Source of the DNA: Candidatus Saccharimonadota bacterium
GTDB lineage: Bacteria; Pseudomonadota; Gammaproteobacteria; Enterobacterales; Enterobacteriaceae
Direction of reading: 5' to 3'
Assembly: GCF_900128735.1 (NCBI RefSeq)
Contig: NZ_LT667503.1
Location: forward strand, 270,001 to 302,000
DNA length: 32,000 bases
A program made the position numbers and the translations under genes. Position 1 is the stretch's first letter; each line of letters begins with the position of its first letter. Below, one piece after another: positions 28,068 through 32,000 of the stretch. The notes under the pieces are model-generated. The model was not told the DNA's origin and ran no database searches. It was given only the letters and a program-made list of their open reading frames with translations.

Positions 28068-29882
28068 TTAATTATTTGAAATATTAATAGACTCTCGTAA
28101 CATTAAATTATTAATTTGAGCGGTATCAATAGTTTCATATTTTATTAACGCATCTTTCATAGCATGCAAGATATCTAAATTTTCAAGTAATAATTTTTTA
28201 GCTCGTTGATAATTGATATCAATTAATAATTGTACTTCTTTATCAATTATATATGCTGTTTCATTAGACATCTTTCTAGCTTGTTCTATTAAATTTCCTG
28301 AAAAAATTTCATTATTTTCTTCTGTATATAAAAGTGGACCTAATTTATCAGAAAACCCCCATTTTGTAATCATATTTTTAGCTAAATTCGTGGCCACTTT
28401 AATATCATTGTAAGATCCTGTAGATATTTTTTTAGATCCGTAAATAATTTCTTCGGCTAATCGTCCACCATATAATGTAGAAATTTGACTTTCTAATTTT
28501 TGACGACTCACACTTAAAACATCTTCTTCCGGCAAAAATAAAGTTACTCCTAACGCGTGACCTCGAGGTATAATAGTAACTTTGTGAACAGGATCATGCT
28601 CTGGAACTAAACGTCCTACAATTACATGACCCGCTTCATGATAAGCTATTAATTCTTTTTGTAATTCAGTCATGACCATAGATCTTCTTTCTGATCCCAT
28701 TATAATCTTATCTTTAGATTTTTCAAAATCTACCATTTTTACAATTCTTTGATTTTGACGTGCCGCTAATAACGCTGATTCATTTACTAAATTAGCTAAA
28801 TCTGCCCCTGAAAAACCCGGAGTTCCCCTAGCAATTATCTTAGGGATCACATCCTCAGATAATGGGACTTTGCGCATATGAATCTTTAAAATTTCCTCAC
28901 GCCCAATAATATCAGGCAATGATATTATAACTTTTCGATCAAATCGACCTGGACGTAAAAGCGCCGGATCTAATACATCTGGACGATTAGTAGCAGCTAT
29001 AATTATTACTCCTTGGTTACCATCAAAACCATCCATTTCTACTAAAATTTGATTCAATGTCTGTTCTCTTTCATCATGGCCTCCGCCTACTCCCGAAGAT
29101 CCACGTTTTCTCCCTACAGCATCAATTTCATCTATAAAAACAATACATGGAGCAAATTTTCTAGAATTTTCAAACATATCTCTAACACGTGATGCCCCTA
29201 TTCCTACAAACATCTCAACAAAATCAGAACCAGAAATAGTAAAAAAAGGAACTTTTGCTTCTCCTGCAATTGCTTTAGCTAATAATGTTTTTCCTGTACC
29301 CGGAGGTCCAACCATAAGTATTCCTTTTGGAATTTTACCGCCTAACTTTTGAAATTTCTTAGGTTCTTTTAAATAAGAAACTAATTCTAAAACATCTTCT
29401 TTTGCTTCATTACAACCAGCAATATCTAAAAATGTTGTTTTAATTTCATTTTCACCTAACATTTTTGCTTTATTTTTTCCAAAAGAAAAAATTCCTTTTC
29501 CATTACCTGCTTGCGTTTGTTTAATAAAAAATATCCATATACCAACTAATAATATAGTTGGAAACCACGAAATCATTAAAGAAGAAATAAAATTAGGTTT
29601 TAATGGAGTAACTCCAACGACTTTCACATTTTTTAATAAAAGTGTATGTAAAAGATTTACGTCATATGTAGGTATATAAGTGGTATATTGTGTTAAATCT
29701 TTTTTCGTAACTTTTATCATTTTTCCGTTTATATAAGTATCACGTATTTGACCTTGATTTACTTCTGATAAAAATGTCGAATAATCAATATTATCGGTAT
29801 TAATATTATGAGAACTTACATTTTGAAATACGGATATTATTGTAATACCTAAAAAAAACCACAAAATAAAGTTTTTAAGCAT
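28068..29882 (-). CDS. ftsH: ATP-dependent zinc metalloprotease FtsH
   Basis: Two N-terminal TM segments are present, with AAA+ Walker [19 protein letters not shown], Walker B IIFIDEIDA-like [12 protein letters not shown], and the zinc motif HEAGH. It is near-colinear with E. coli FtsH. I chose the ATG at 29882 (MLKNFILW against E. coli MAKNLILW) over the TTG at 29891. Confidence 0.97.
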   Translation of the reverse strand: MLKNFILWFFLGITIISVFQNVSSHNINTDNIDYSTFLSEVNQGQIRDTYINGKMIKVTKKDLTQYTTYIPTYDVNLLHTLLLKNVKVVGVTPLKPNFISSLMISWFPTILLVGIWIFFIKQTQAGNGKGIFSFGKNKAKMLGENEIKTTFLDIAGCNEAKEDVLELVSYLKEPKKFQKLGGKIPKGILMVGPPGTGKTLLAKAIAGEAKVPFFTISGSDFVEMFVGIGASRVRDMFENSRKFAPCIVFIDEIDAVGRKRGSSGVGGGHDEREQTLNQILVEMDGFDGNQGVIIIAATNRPDVLDPALLRPGRFDRKVIISLPDIIGREEILKIHMRKVPLSEDVIPKIIARGTPGFSGADLANLVNESALLAARQNQRIVKMVDFEKSKDKIIMGSERRSMVMTELQKELIAYHEAGHVIVGRLVPEHDPVHKVTIIPRGHALGVTLFLPEEDVLSVSRQKLESQISTLYGGRLAEEIIYGSKKISTGSYNDIKVATNLAKNMITKWGFSDKLGPLLYTEENNEIFSGNLIEQARKMSNETAYIIDKEVQLLIDINYQRAKKLLLENLDILHAMKDALIKYETIDTAQINNLMLRESINISNN

Positions 29883-29935
29883 GTCACTCAAAAGATAGCC
29901 TCACATTACAATCTATAGTAAAAAAAATAGGAATA

Positions 29936-30565
29936 TTAAATTTTACGCCCATGAGCAATAATAAATACTTCACGAGAACCAGCTCGTGATGAATTTGGCT
30001 TAAAAATTTTTACTTTTACAAAGATATTATAAATCTTTTTTATATATTGATTAAAATCTCCTCCTTGAAAAAGCTTAATTATAAAGTATCCTTTCCTTGA
30101 TAAAAAACGATCTGCGATATAAATTGCTGAATCACTTAAATCAAATGCTTTCGAATTATCAATAATTGAGCAACCGCTAATATTTGGCGACATATCAGAT
30201 ACAATTGCATTCCAATGATATTGTTTCGAAATAGAAACAATTTTTTTTAATATCACCGAATCAGCAATATCTCCTTTTAAAAATATTACCCTCTTCAACG
30301 GTCTCATAGGTAAAAGATCGCAGGCTAAAATATGACCGGAGAATCCAATTTTTTTTTGTAAATATTCAGACCATCCGCCAGGAGAGGAACCTAAATCGAT
30401 TACATTCATTCCTATTTGAAATATATTATATTTATCATCAATTTCTTTAATCTTAAACCAAGATCGTGCTCTTAAATTTTTAGAATTTCTTTCTTTAATA
30501 TATGGGTCACGAAAATTTCTAGATAACCAATTTCTTGAACTATTAGTACGACGTTTTATATTCAT
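29936..30565 (-). CDS. rlmE: 23S rRNA (uridine2552-2'-O)-methyltransferase RlmE (FtsJ/RrmJ)
   Basis: 209 aa. SR.W...HF.D.Y, RSRAWFKL-like RARSWFKI, the SAM-binding VIDLGSSPGGWS, SDMSPN and SRAGSREVFIIA are colinear with E. coli RlmE. It lies upstream of ftsH. Confidence 0.95.
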   Translation of the reverse strand: MNIKRRTNSSRNWLSRNFRDPYIKERNSKNLRARSWFKIKEIDDKYNIFQIGMNVIDLGSSPGGWSEYLQKKIGFSGHILACDLLPMRPLKRVIFLKGDIADSVILKKIVSISKQYHWNAIVSDMSPNISGCSIIDNSKAFDLSDSAIYIADRFLSRKGYFIIKLFQGGDFNQYIKKIYNIFVKVKIFKPNSSRAGSREVFIIAHGRKI

Positions 30566-30818
30566 TGGTATATTTTTATTAAAAATATATAATTAATTTA
30601 AAATATTTTTAAAATCTTAAAGGTATATGAATAAATTAAGACATTATTCTAAAAAATAGTTTTAATGAATTTAAATCATTAAAAAATAATTGAAATAAAC
30701 ATAAAAATTATTTTTTAAAACAGTTATAAATTTATAATCTGTAAAAAATAGAAAGTTTTTTCTCTTACTAAAATGATAAAAAAGAATTGACATGTATTCA
30801 TAAAAAATTTTTTTTGAA

Positions 30819-31295
30819 TTAAATGTATTCAATTTTTATAATAATATACTTTATTAAACCTGAAGGGGTTTGGATTTCTACCTTATCTCCCCTTTTTTTT
30901 CCAATTAAACCTCTAGCCAATGGAGAATAAATAGAAATAGATTTTTTTTTAAAGTTAGCTTCATCATCCCCTACAATAGTATATGTAAAAACATTATCTG
31001 TACAGATTTGCAAAACTGTTATTGTAGAACCAAAAATTACTAAATTACGATATAAAATTTTTTTAATGTTAATAACTTGTGCTTGAGATAATTTTACTTC
31101 AATACATCGAATTCTACTTTCACAAAAACTTTGCTCTTCACGCGCAGCATGATATTCAGCATTCTCTTTAAGATCTCCTAATTTCCGCGCTTCAGAAATT
31201 GCATTAATAATTTGAGGTCTTTTAAAAATTTTTAGCTTCTTTAGTTCTTTTTTTAATTTATTAAAACCTTTTATGGTCATCGGGATATAACTCAC
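30819..31295 (-). CDS. greA: transcript cleavage factor GreA
   Basis: IPMTIKGFNKLKKEL matches E. coli IPMTLRGAEKLREEL. GDLKENAEYHAAREEQ and SPLARGLIGK are present. The start is ambiguous. GTG at 31295 gives MSYIPMT, which matches E. coli MQAIPMT in length and has GAGG 10 nt upstream. Alternatives are TTG at 31322 (ORF track) and ATG at 31280. Confidence 0.88.
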   Translation of the reverse strand: MSYIPMTIKGFNKLKKELKKLKIFKRPQIINAISEARKLGDLKENAEYHAAREEQSFCESRIRCIEVKLSQAQVINIKKILYRNLVIFGSTITVLQICTDNVFTYTIVGDDEANFKKKSISIYSPLARGLIGKKRGDKVEIQTPSGLIKYIIIKIEYI

Positions 31296-31770
31296 TAAAT
31301 TTAAACCTCGCTGCAAAAACAATGAAAAACAAAATACAATAGTTAAATAATTTAAAAAAAAATATATATAAATAAAAAATTAATAAATTAATATTAAAAC
31401 AATTCAATTAATTTATCTACTATATATGAGTCTTTTTTAATAAAAAAAAAAAAAATAAAAATATAAACAACTGTTATATATAAATTTTTTTTTATTAATA
31501 CTTTTGATTACTTTACAATAAAATTTGTATACGTGCTATTATAAATATAAGCAATTAAAAAATTTATTTTTAAAAATAAATTCTTTATATATAGCAATTA
31601 TATTATAATCAAAATATAATTTTATGTATAATATAATTATTTAAAAAGAATATAAAAGATAGATAAAAACGTAAAAAATTCTTAGTGTTAATAGAAAATA
31701 TGTAATAAAAATATTTTTATCAAATAAAAAATTAAAAATTGATATATTAAATTAAGAAGATCATTATCAC

Positions 31771-32000
31771 ATGAACTATAAAGAAATTTCAGATTTACTA
31801 AAAAAAAAATTAAAATTATATAAAATATTTATTCAGGGAATAGAAAAAAATATTGAGATCACCGCAATAGGAAATATCTTTCAAAATAAAAAAACTATTA
31901 TTAAACAACAATTAATATATCAACCACTCATGCCTTATTTTGAAAAAAAAATAATCCATGCGGTAAAAATTAAAACATATTCTATTCTAGAATGGAAAAA
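31771..32000 (+). CDS. ibaG: BolA-family protein IbaG (YrbA), 3'-partial at the window edge
   Basis: The ATG at 31771 opens a frame to the window end: MNYKEISDLLKKKL...KQQLIYQPLMPYFEKKIIHAVKIKTYSILEW. It aligns with E. coli IbaG (...[32 protein letters not shown]). Confidence 0.8.
   Translation, partial: MNYKEISDLLKKKLKLYKIFIQGIEKNIEITAIGNIFQNKKTIIKQQLIYQPLMPYFEKKIIHAVKIKTYSILEWK

Noticed and set aside
28213-28413. 66-aa plus-strand ORF antisense to ftsH
   Set aside because: It is nested in the conserved protease domain of ftsH, with no independent support.
1-32000. Alternative genetic code (UGA=Trp), CRISPR arrays, IS elements, prophage or defence islands
   Set aside because: All conserved genes are full length under the standard code, with TGG used for Trp and no internal TGA needed. 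I saw no spaced direct repeats, no transposase, integrase, nuclease or toxin-like ORFs, and no unassigned ORF outside known genes that is large enough to encode such functions.

Overview
The window looks like an obligate insect endosymbiont chromosome with a strongly reduced genome. It is extremely AT-rich (by eye about 20% G+C, not computed), lysine/asparagine/isoleucine-rich, and about 84% coding by my coordinates. The gene order is rpmF-fabD-fabG-acpP-holB-ycfH-hinT / asnS / uup / trhO(yceA)-valS-pepA / argI-ridA / deaD-pnp-rpsO-truB-rbfA-infB-nusA-leuU-secG-ftsH-rlmE-greA / ibaG. This consists of E. coli-like synteny blocks joined the way I recall for Buchnera aphidicola, with more gene loss than the pea-aphid strain. 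That assignment is from memory and needs BLAST. I support 26 protein genes (one frameshifted, two partial at the window edges), one tRNA-Leu(GAG) and three hairpin terminators. I see no CRISPR array, IS or transposon, integrase, phage, toxin-antitoxin or defence genes, and no multi-copy repeats. I do not find a convincing novel multi-gene system. The most interesting item is holB (clamp-loader delta-prime), which is split by a T9 tract one nucleotide short of in-frame. That tract is also a U_UUU_UUU -1 slippery heptamer, so transcriptional slippage or -1 ribosomal frameshifting would rebuild exactly the conserved protein. Secondary items: an A11 tract spanning the fabD stop and fabG start; many A10-A13 tracts inside intact genes; a perfect 23-bp-stem palindromic terminator between leuU and nusA where metY and rimP are missing; a tRNA-Leu gene without encoded CCA; and several 0.3-0.7 kb ORF-free spacers at positions where E. 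coli has genes (ompF side of asnS, folP-glmM, nlpI, plsX-fabH, fabF-tmk).
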